Source: Phoronis australis
Taxonomy: Eukaryota > Animalia > Phoronida
Reading direction: 5' to 3'
Length of the DNA stretch: 64,000 nucleotides
Assembly: GCA_002633005.1 (NCBI GenBank)
Contig: NMRA01000136.1
Coordinates: 361,657 to 425,656, forward strand
A program made the translations under genes and the position numbers. Below the pieces are notes generated by a model. The model ran no database searches and was not told where the DNA came from. It saw only the letters and a program-made list of their open reading frames with translations. Below are positions 1 to 11,100 of this stretch, in pieces (within the stretch, counting starts at the first letter, position 1; every line of letters starts with the position of its first letter).

Positions 1-975
1 CTTTAACAGATTTTCATAAAATTGGGGACATTGGTATCTCTTAGTGAGATGAAGCTACCTTTCTGTTTTCGGATGGTTGTGGGGTATTTTGCTCCACCTA
101 GTGGCAATTTTTTACCGTTTTCGAGTTTTTTGGCGTCTGCCCATCCATCAACCAAATGAATGTGATTGTGAAAATTTGCACGTGTTCTCACTGCAAAGAG
201 GACGACTGACAAAGATTTTTGGACGATTTCGACTACTGTGGCACCTCCTAATAGTGCCAGTTTTGTTATTGTGTGTCCATGGCTGTATCTCCTAAACCCT
301 TTCCAGGATCTTTATTAAATTTAGCAAGTTCATTCATATCAGGGCTTGGAATTTTCCGCGGAAACGCGGATTTCCGCTTTTTTCAAATGTGCTTTCCGCT
401 TTTTTTATAATATTTCCGCGTAAAAAAATCAGATTTGATATAAAATTTCCGCGGCAAATTCCTTTCTTACCACGGCGTTGCAGACGACGTTCACCTCGAA
501 AAGCGGAAGTTGCTCTTTATGTTTCGGAGGAACGTAAATTGACAACTTTGCCGGGGCAGCTGGGACATCGTGGTGGGATATTCAAAAGCGTCTCGTGTTA
601 TTGTTGAGCGCGGCGACAAATACTACCGCTCTGCAGCCAAAAATGTGTGGGTTGGGAGTGGACGGACGAGCTAAAAGGATGCAGACGCATGCTACTGATG
701 GTGGTAACGTTTTTTTTTATTTTATTTTTTTTTTTTAGTCCTCCCGATTTCTGTCGGGGAAAGGTTCACATTGACCATTTCAAGGCTGGTTATCGGGCAT
801 GATTTGGGCCGTAAAAGTTTCCGCGTTTTTTGTCATTGGTCATTCCAAGCCCTGTTCATATGAAGTTGACAACAGATTTGGTGTATTCTGCGCCACCCTG
901 TGCAATTTTGAAACCCCTAGAAACACGCCATTTGCGGTGCAGTCGTGGGTGCATTTCAACACTGCATTTACTGAA
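1..975 (+). mobile_element. Helentron/HINE-like non-autonomous element (right part), interrupted by the MITE at 340-854
   Basis: Core monomers (ccacctagtggc, gattgtgaaaattt); degenerate right end gtgggtgcatttcaacac at ~946-963 matching the one at 21854-21880. Confidence 0.65.
340..854. mobile_element. MITE with CAGGGCTTGGAA TIRs (hAT- or P-type), 7-bp TSD TTCATAT
   Basis: cagggcttggaa...ttccaagccctg; ttcatat at 333-339 and 855-861; homologous copy at 20553-22338. Confidence 0.85.
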
Positions 976-1764
976 ACAAGTGAAATTTTCAGTGTTGCAT
1001 TGGTGTGTAATGTTAATGTTTTGAGTCACTGAAAAGGTAACGCATTATCTCAGCACAGCATGGTCGTAGTCATGGTCTGGAGTGTGAAGAAAGTATTCTA
1101 TTTCATGCAAGCGTGGCTTCATTTCATGGTTTGTCTACGACTGAAGTGACGATTATCTTGCTTGATTGGAAGGTGGTTGTTCTTAATAGGGTGGCATTTA
1201 TTACGCGAATGGATTGTCGTGCGCAAGTAATATGAGCTATGACTACGTTGTCCCATGTCAGGAAATAAACTATACAAAATCGAGTTTTGTACACAGGATG
1301 TCCTGAATGAAATAAACAAAAGAAGTTTTTTAGGTGTCTTGATTTTCGGGCTGAATGTTTAAGAATCCTGGAAAACTCCCTTCATCCCACCCAAATGTTC
1401 TCTCTCGATGTTTAAAAAATTCCTCCCAAGGTTAGAATCACTTCTTAAAAACGTTATTTTTGCTACTTGAGGCATTTTCGATTAGGGGTGGTGAGCGGAC
1501 CGTGGTGGGGATTTTCCTCTGAACTAAAATTTCTATTGGGAAGGTACAGTTGCCTTTCTCCTCAGATGTGTGTTACTGTAACTTTTCTTACTTTGTCTCC
1601 TGTTTTTTTTTTGATTGCAGGCAGTCTGATACATGTTGTACCAGACGTGTGCAGGCCACGCATGTGGGCCCATTGCACGGATCACCTAGAAATATTTTTA
1701 TGCTTTATTAATATATGGTTAAAACTGAGCTGAGGAGCTAGAAACCTGGCTCAAGGGTTAAGCA

Positions 1765-1838
1765 GTGTGACCTGGTGGGACTCGAACCCACGACCTCGAG
1801 TAAAGAAAGCGGGTACTTATCAACCAGGCCACACTGCC
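1765..1838 (-). mobile_element. tRNA-derived SINE head / tRNA pseudogene
   Basis: Reverse complement GGCAGTGTGGCCTGGTTG...GGTCGTGGGTTCGAGTCCCACCAGG has A- and B-box but no proper acceptor stem; related copy at 56749. Confidence 0.65.
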
Positions 1839-1887
1839 TCCTCGGACTGGAGTTTTCCTGTGTTTTAAAGTGGAATATCTTTAACAG

Positions 1888-2116
1888 CCGGGCATGCAGA
1901 AGAAGTCTCCCAAGCCACCACAGCAGCAACAGCAACAACAACCCCCTCCCAACTCCCCAGGCAAACAGGCCACCGCTCCGTCATCGACCAACCAGTCCCC
2001 CTCGGATTCGGGCGGAGACGACTCGTCCAAGGAGAACAAGGAGTCGCCGTGCGGGGACGACAGCGGGAGCGGCGGTGGTGGTAGTGGCAGCGGTCGCAGT
2101 GCGCCCAAGAAAAAAG
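1888..2116 (+). CDS. LARP1: LARP1 exon (polyQ/Ser/Gly-rich N-terminal part)
   Basis: ttaacag acceptor; [18 protein letters not shown]...SKENKE...APKK; phase-1 donor G|gtacac fits the next exon. Confidence 0.8.
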
Positions 2117-5100
2117 GTACACGGTCTCAGAGGAAACATTTGCTCACACTCACTGTGTGTGTGCGTGTCATAGGTCAAGTGTGGCATGTACGTTGGTTGC
2201 GTGTGGCACCTCTGCAGGTCGGGGCAAGGTCTGCCTCTTATTGCCTCCTGACCTGTCATGTGCCTGCTCCGTTTAGTACCTCTGCACTCTGTTAGCATTT
2301 GTGGATGAGCTGTGTCATTAACGCTATACTACCTTGGCTGAATTGAGGTAAGTTTGAAAGCCATCTTGGTGGGGGGAGGGCTTTTTGAATCTTGTGCTCC
2401 GTTGAAGAACTTACTTTAAGTTAAGACCACTTACCATTATGAAATTAGTATGAACTTTATCAGTGCTCGACGCTTAGCTTTGGCCAAATGAAATCTGAGG
2501 TCACCAAACTGAAAATCACAGGTCACCCCAAATACGATAATGAAATCGTCGACTAAAAAGGTCGTACCATAATTCAGAATGTTACGCGTACCTCTGCACT
2601 TTGTCGCCATAAATGTTCATTCATTCTCTAACTCAATTCCTGCTGAAGCATAAATCTAGGAAAACTCGTAGAATTTTACGCGGAAACGTGGATTTCCGCT
2701 TTTTTCTTTTATTCACTCCGCGTGTTTTCGTTATGCTTCCGCGGAAAATCGTATTTGCCATAAAATTATCGCGGCAAATTGGTTTCTCACCGCGGCATTG
2801 CCAACGACTTGAAAAGCGGAAACTGCTCTTTATGTTTCGGAGGAACGAAAATTGTAATTGCGGGTCACAGGCGCTCGAATTTCCCGATGACTCGTAACCA
2901 TATATAAGAAACATGTTTTCTTAGTAGTGAGTGACGTCAGAGGCATTCGAGTAACAGATAAATTCAAGCGCCTGTGCCTGGGATAGCTTGGTTCATCAAT
3001 GGCGTCTGCATCTGGTATAAAATTGCGGCGACAAATAGTGTGATACTGCAGTAAAAAATGCGTTGACCGTGGAGTAGACAGACTATTTCGTGGAAAAAGT
3101 GGATAAAAGAAACGGCGAGTGTCTTAACAAACAACATTAAGTCCAGGTTTTTGCTCTGTATTAACTTTGAGAGAGGAACAATTACGGAGTACGTGGCTAA
3201 GTCGCCTTGGACTAAGGTGGAATCGTAGGACCGACTGAAAACGATGAAATGCTAGAAATAAAAACTCTTCCTGAAACGAAATACAACCGTAACCGGTTAT
3301 TCATTGGATTGGAATCGTGGGATGTGAGTGATGTATGAAATTCTTTTGTTTGATCCCACATGCACACCCGTTGTGTTGGCTGCTAAGCGAGGCCTGACTG
3401 CCCGAGTGCAATTTTCTACGTGCCGCCGAAACGGGATACAAAATGCTATTTTCGTTACTGCAATGCGTTTTAAATTGCCTTTTGTGTTCTATTTTGTGAC
3501 TCAAGTTTTGCAGTTCGAGAGAAGTGATCACGTGACAGATTCTGAATGATCTGATTGCTCTAAGCCATTGTTTACAAATTCTGCCAGACTATTTTCAGCA
3601 TAGACATCACATAGTTTCTTCTACACCAGCGTCGCTTATGAACAATTAACTCCTGTACTTAGTGTTTGAAACTGAAAAGTTTGGCCAACTTAGGATTGTG
3701 GTTGATGCATTCTTTAGTTTAAATTGTGTTGTTTTTGACTTTCATTTTTCCATGCTAAGATTTGGGGTATGAGGCACAGGTTTTCGTCTTGACTTCTTTC
3801 CATTTGCATTGAAATTAAATGTGTATGTATTTCAAGCTTTCCAGATAATCTATGGATCGATTTTCAAATTTTTTTGGTAATTTTGTATTGTAATTATAAG
3901 AATTGAAAATAATTTTATTGGTCTACCTGCAGCAAATCAAGAATAAGCTCCTGCCACTCATACTGCAATTTTTTCTTCATTATCTTTATTATTTTAATTT
4001 CAAAAATATCTTTTGTTGCATCTAATTGCCTTCATTGTTGTTGCTGAAAAAGATGTCAGGTACTGCTTAAGATTAGTGCGTTTTGCCAACACGACACAGT
4101 AACTTTCGATCTGTTGAGGTATGGTTTAGATTGAAATGTGTATTTAGGGCCGTAAAAATTTCCCCTTTTTTGTCATGGGTCATTCCAAGCCCTGAGCAAT
4201 ACGAGACTAATTTCATGATGTCAAGTGGTCTAAATCAAAAATTGTTTTTAACGGAAAGCAGGTTTATAGCACCTTTGAATTGACTTGAACGTCGCATTTC
4301 CTGCTTGATGGAAAATCCGGATTGTTAACATTTGTGGAAAATTTATGGAGAAGAAAAAAGATTAAAAAGTCCTTTCAGGTTCTATCCCATTCTAGCAGTT
4401 GTAGTGCCATCTGTTGGTCATTTTGGTTTCGGCGGAAACTGTTTGGTTGATTGTGATTCTCCTCGTTGTGAAATTTTGCACTGTAGTGACATTGAAGACA
4501 TTGTAACATCCTAACACGGGCCCGTAATTTTGCCCATGTGCCTATATGTAAAGCTGGACCCATATTTAGAATGAGGCAAATGTCCTTGTGTCCAATGCAC
4601 TTGAGTGAAACCAATGAGCAATGTGTGAAACATGACTTTACGAAACAGTTGACGTTGATGTGTATTCAATTTAACATTAACAATGAACAGTACTTAAGTC
4701 ATTAAAAGACAGATATTCATGCGTGGGCATTTTCTTAAGCACTAAAATGTTTCTGGTTGAGGTGTTAACATTAACCCTTGAAAATTTTCTATTGTTTGTG
4801 GAAAATTGTCAAAAGAAAGATGTTGCTCTCGTACAAATTGTGCTTTTAGTTATGAATTAATCATGAATTCGTTATGCATTATTATACATAATACATTCAT
4901 TATGCATTCATTATTAATTCATTGTGGCCGAGTGGGGGGGGGGGCTCCCTAAACCCTCATTAGGTCCTTTTATACCGACTAACTCTAGTCTGAGCAGAGC
5001 ATCGACATAAACAGTGACCGTGCGTCTTATGGAAAAATTATGAAAAGAAGATAAATTGATAACACGGCAATGATATCAATTACATGATCAAATTTTATTT

Positions 5101-8100
5101 GATATAAATGTTCATTGTGTGGTATCAGTTTCTTTAAAATATAATTTCATTTTCATTTGATGCATCTTTGCATGACAATCATAACCATCCCATTTTTGGT
5201 AACCCCTCATGCTAAAATGGAAATTCTTAAAATGGCTTCTAACTGTTTTTTGAGACCGTGGCATTAAGCACTAAATCTGAAGTTTTCACATGAATTCAAT
5301 AAGCCATTTCTGAGATGTGATGTTCTGAAGTCAGCCTAATTTGGCCATTTTTGTTGGGTTCTACATTACCTTGAGTGCTCATTTTGGAGTATACGCCCAC
5401 CCCTTACTTCATGCAGCACTTTAACTAAAATGCTTATATCTGGGAATTTCTTCTCCCAAAACGCGCACAGTTCTCCTGTAAGAGATGTTTTATGCTCTAT
5501 GTTTAATTGTGATTTTGCCTTAAACCGAAATTTTTTGACTTGTGTAAATGAAAATTATTTTTAAGTTGACTCGAAGTGAGTGAACGCCTACTTTTGACAT
5601 TTTAAATGAAGTATCCTTTGGCAATGGTTTCCAGAACGCTCAACCCCATATCTATGAGTTCCTCACTTAGTCGAGATTAGTAGCTATACTTTCATTGCAT
5701 GCACTCGTTAAAGTTTGATAATGAGAACGTGTCTCGGGTATAATCACACTTAAATAATTATGAAAATGGACCAGTTTTCATTTTTCAAGTTTTCAAACAT
5801 CAAAGCAGTATCTAATGGTACCTTGAACACGGTAAAGTGTTCATGTGCTTCTACCAATGTTTTGTGATGAAAATGAGGAAAATAAATATCAATTGTCCGC
5901 CATATTGTGTCCTGAATTGGTGAGATGTTACCATGGTGGGCTTCGCATTGTTATATAAAGTTGTCAGCTGAATACATCGCTGCTACCCATGTCTCCAGTA
6001 GATTATTACAGTTCAAAACCAGTCATGCAGTCATGTGGGTAACAATGCAAGATTTGTGATTTTCCTTCAGGAATTGTTACTGTGAAGAATTGTTACTCCA
6101 GTGCAGGTGGTCTTGTGTTTTATTTTCTGATGATACATCTAGTGTTTTTCCAAAGGCTATGTTTTACCTTCAGTCCAAAGCTAACCAACACTTATATCTT
6201 CTCATCTAGAGCTGGCCATTGTGTGTTTCTCAGAAATATTGACTTATTTTTCTTGGCAAGTACTTTACCTTGATGAACGATAATATCCGTAATCGAATCT
6301 GAAGGAATGGTTTTCTCCCCTGTTGGTTGTCAATTGGTAGAAGTTATGTCCCCTAGACACCTGTGAATGACCATATGTATGTGAGTGAACTGGGGTTGTG
6401 TCCTTGTGGACCAACATGCCAAGTATGTATGTGTCTCAACTAACCGGGAAAGGGTTTGTAGTTAAGTGGGAGGGCATTTGGTCAGGGTGCTGAGCTCTGT
6501 CAGATCTGTGTGATGGCGAGTGGTGCGTGTGTGTGTTCATTTGTGTTTGTGTTGGTGTCTATGTAAGTTTGGATAAGGTGCAGGTGCTGTCAAGTAATTA
6601 CTTCCACAACTAGGTTCACTTTGACGTGCTTGTATCATCTGCATATGTGTGAGATCTGACGAGTGTCCACCATATTAAGAGTGAATATCGCTAATTCTGT
6701 AAGGGTGATGCTTCTCATTGTCATAGACATGCTTGAGACATCTCATGTTGAATATTGTGTTACCTCTTGTAGGAAAAGTGCGTTCTTTCCTGATATATGG
6801 CCATATGATTTTGAAACGAACAAAATTTTTTGATTATTTGTTTGAAAGGTGTTCATGTTCAAAAGGTTTGCTTCCACTGTAAAAAAGTATTTTCTTAACA
6901 TTTTTGATAACGTCGTTTTTTCAGAGTAGTTTCAATGCAGCAATTTGAAAAAATTACACATTGGACACGTGTCTGTTTCTATAACTATTTGTTTGGGTTT
7001 GTCTATTGTTGCAAGGCAATTTTGTGAAATAAATGAATAAATAAAGAATAAATAATTTGGCTTTGTCTGGACTGTCATTTGTGTAACAAGGTGCAGTTTT
7101 ACTTGAAGTCACTGTGCAAGAACTGAACGTTTGTGGTTGAAATTTTGCGCTTTTCTATTGATTTGTCTTTTTTCCTCCTTCACCCAAACTCCATGTAAAC
7201 ACCACAGCACATGAGTACATTGTAATGTGTACAGGCAATGGGTTATGTTAACTACACAGCAAAAGTCAATATGGAAGGTCACTGCAATACTAGCCAGGAA
7301 AACAGCTGGTGTTGATGGCCTGGGGTTGTATCTCAAAATGTAATGTATTACTATTTGTCAAGGTAACAGCACGGACACAGCCAATTGAAAGCTTGGTGGA
7401 GACATACATTGCCAAATTTTTCTGGTAAATGGATGTTTACAGCATTTTTTTCTGGTTAATTTTTTTCTTGTTAAAATTTTTTTCTGGTGAAATAATTTTT
7501 ACTGGTAGAATATTTTTTTCTGGTAAAATATTTTCTTCTGATAAGATATTTTTCTGGAGTCTTTTTTCACTTGAAATGTTATTTCAAATAGGTTGAGGAA
7601 TGAGGAACAAGATTAAGGCAAGCCATGCCTATAAACCTTCCGGGTCTCCTGTTTGTTAAACCAGCGAGTGACATGATCTCCATAGTTTTGAAAAATCATA
7701 AAATTTTAAGCATCTGAAATTGACAATGTGCCCACAACATTTTTGACACTGCGTCACTGCTTAAAAAGTGATATCGGGTGAATTTTTGTATTAAAAGACA
7801 TCTTTGCACCGCTTAATCTGGTATGGGATGAATTTTTGTTTTTGATGAAAACAATTAAAAAAATAAGGTATCACTACATTGATTTTCAAAACAACTACAA
7901 CCCAAAACCAAATGTGCTTTTTGGATAATGGTGGGATATAATGTGCCCACATTTTGATAACCAGTTTTCTCCACTGAATAACATGGATCAAACTGGTTCT
8001 CAAGATATGACCTTACACCCCATTCAGGCTAATGTGCTTAGAAAAATTCACTTCAGGAAGGGGGCGCTTATAGCCCAAAAGTGGTTGAAACACGGTCTCC

Positions 8101-11100
8101 GAAACAGGTGAAATCGTAAGCTAGAATTCATCAAATTTACGCTCTGTAACCTATTACAGAGTTTCTACAAAATTGCAGTGCATTGCCATCAAACTTTTGT
8201 TAAGTTACAAGCAATTTTCAGAAAATCCCAGTGCGAAAACTCGCCAATTGATGGCGTCGCTGCCTCACGATCGCCGATGGGTCAACCTGAATTCTTGTGT
8301 AAAAGTATAGTTTAGACTCAACAAATTACCTGAAGTTCTTAAGTTTTCAAAATAGCGTCCCTAAGATTTTTAAGTTCCTGTGGAATCGGAATTAAGTGCA
8401 TATTAAGTCCAAATCTGCGCTAGATCGTATTCCTTAACACAAGAAAAATCTGGACGAACACATGATGTTTGTTTTGAAGTTGGTCTGCATATTGTTTGAG
8501 TGAACGAGTGCATGCGTGTCGTCAGAGTTCATTTGCCAGAGTAAACGCGATATAATAATCTAGGTTTGCATTGTAACTAAGGAAATTAACACAAGCAGTA
8601 AAGCGGAATGTGTTTTATTTAGCATTTGTTGATCTCATCTGCTAAAAACGTTTGAGAATTGTTTCTGTAAGGCCAATGTCATTGAGTCGCCGGCTGACTG
8701 TATGCGTGACAGTTATTTTTCGGGAGATTCGGGGGTGTAAGGGTGCGGAAGTGTTCACTATCAGTGGGTCATTTTCACTTTAAAAACACCAATTACAACT
8801 TATTTAATAATTCCCTCTTAAAAATAACTCGAACGTTATTTTACGGTATTGGAAACTTCCGGAAATAAGTGCCAGTATTTATTTCTTGCCTATGCTATGC
8901 TACCCGTTTCATGAATAGATAGTTTCCGAAGACTAATCTTCAATGACAGGTCCTTGAATGTAGCGCACGCTTCCTGGTCACATGCTTTTAACTGAACAAA
9001 GGTCAAGTTTTTATTATTCTTCGATCTGTGGTATTCACGTGTACAAAGACTGAACTTTGGATTTCAGTTGAGGTAGAAGTTCTGTACGGGATACAATACG
9101 CTGTGTCTGTTTTGAATGGCCAGACAATAATAGGACATGTCCCTCGCAAGATCAGCAAAACTTGTGTTCTTTTTGAAGCATTGGAAGTTTTAAGTATATA
9201 GTAACGGCTAAATACCGACATAGTGGCCAGGCTCGTGGTCTACAAATTCCGTGGACAGTGATTTTTTCAGGACTGTCGGATCTTATTGATAAATTGAAGA
9301 TGTAACTGTAGAATTTTAGAACTGTAGGTAAGGCATTTTTCGCATGTACATGGCGTTCATGGACTGGGTGCTTATTTTAGATAAAGTCTGTAAACATGGG
9401 GGCGCTTATAGTGGTATGGGCGCTTATTTGAGCGAATACCGTATGTATCTATTGCTTTTCTTTAAATTAAAAGTGTTGATCTTTTGTGTGATAATCGCTC
9501 ATTCAATAATGTTAAAATCTTGCTTTGACATTGTTGGGAAAACTTAGGATGTAGAGACCCCACTTTCCATTTCCAGAAACAGAGAAATCTATTTTAGCAA
9601 ACTTAAACTTCATTTATTTTCTGTTTTGTAAAATAGGAAGTTCTGTTTTATTGCAAATAATGCAAAATTGATCAGGAAATTGTAATCTTTCCCTGTACTT
9701 ATACTTCATCTCTGGTCTTGCTGCGCACGGTATTTGTTCCTTTTCAAAACTGGAAGAACAGTGTCATCTTCAGAGAGAAAGAACAGTTGTCTGCTTAGAA
9801 ACGATTGGCGGTCCATTTGACACCAAATTAGTTGTGCACTTGTTGGACTATTACAACAGTGAGCAATACACATGACATGATAGTGTTTGTTCAATATACT
9901 GTGCCTTCCATTTATATTATATGCGTACTAGGTTGTATCTAACCAAATAGCCTATTGAAGTTAGCCTGTTAAGGATCGTGTGCGTCTCAGTTGTTATGTG
10001 ATATTGTGTGATGTGCAAAAACGCATTTCCATAACCTGTTGATATTTTTATCTTTTGATGATCCGTCAATTATAACCACCTGAGGGAAGGTGTTGACTCG
10101 CCTGTTTTGTTGCTGTTACAGTAGCGTAGGTGTCTACATGTTCAATTGAGCCTGACCCATTTATTCATTGGATTTGTGTGGGAGGACTGTACTATTGTTA
10201 CTCCGGCAATGTTGTCATATTGAACGCATGATGTACAGCACAACAAAGTACGGGATTTCATAATACAGAAAGTTTTCATCTAAAATAAATTTAAAAGAAA
10301 TTCTACTCCCTAATCATCACAGTTTGTTCACTTTAAATTTTTGTTTCTTGTGATGCTGTCACGTTTTGGGAATTACTTTTTTGTGTAAAGTCACTAACCT
10401 GTTTTTGATAGATATTGACATGTCATGAACATCACACAAAAGCATAAGTTGCACAAACATAAGTGTTGAATTTGATGCAGTGTAGCTAGTCTGAGCTTTG
10501 AGGCGGACGTCAACAAACGTGCTGGAAATGCATGCCGGCCAATTTTCTCTGTAGTACACGTGTAGTCGCAGGTTTAGGCTTGTAACAACTGACCTCTTGT
10601 CCCTTTTCCAGCTTCAATTGGCTGTGGTCAGTCATTGTTAATCCTATTGTAATGCAATAAAGACATGTGTCACCTGTTTTCCAACTTGGTTGCTATTTTT
10701 ATATGCAGTGAAGTTTCCTTAAATTAGAACACAATATGGTAGACCAGTTAAACATTTTATTTGATCAAAATTTTCAACAGGAGCAAACAAGGAGGCAGTT
10801 TTACTTGGTTATTTGAAAACTTCATATAGTACGGCTGTTATCAACAAACAAAATATTTTTGAACATTTGGGCAATACAGTGAGCGTTTGTGTTCCAATTT
10901 GATGGGTCATTCGAACCTATGGCAAGCGCCGGGAAAATTGGTTGCGCTGTCGTGTTAAAACAGGTCGTGGGGAATGTGAGATTGTTTCCTATCAAGGGGT
11001 TGTGTTAGATAGGGTGGGTATGTGTGTGCGGCATGCTATTTTTAGGACTGTCTCTAGATTTGTGAACTGTAATGCGTGTGCGATTCCTGCGTGTTTGTTG

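Noticed and set aside
1765-1838. Functional tRNA gene
   Set aside because: Acceptor and anticodon stems do not pair; treated as SINE/pseudogene.
1865-2298. Overlapping antisense and alternative-frame ORFs
   Set aside because: Shadows of the GC-rich, low-complexity LARP1 exon.
6127-6305. TGATGA...CTGA pairs suggesting a C/D snoRNA or scaRNA
   Set aside because: Box spacing is either too short (~32 nt) or long (~175 nt), there is no recognisable antisense guide, and it is single copy.
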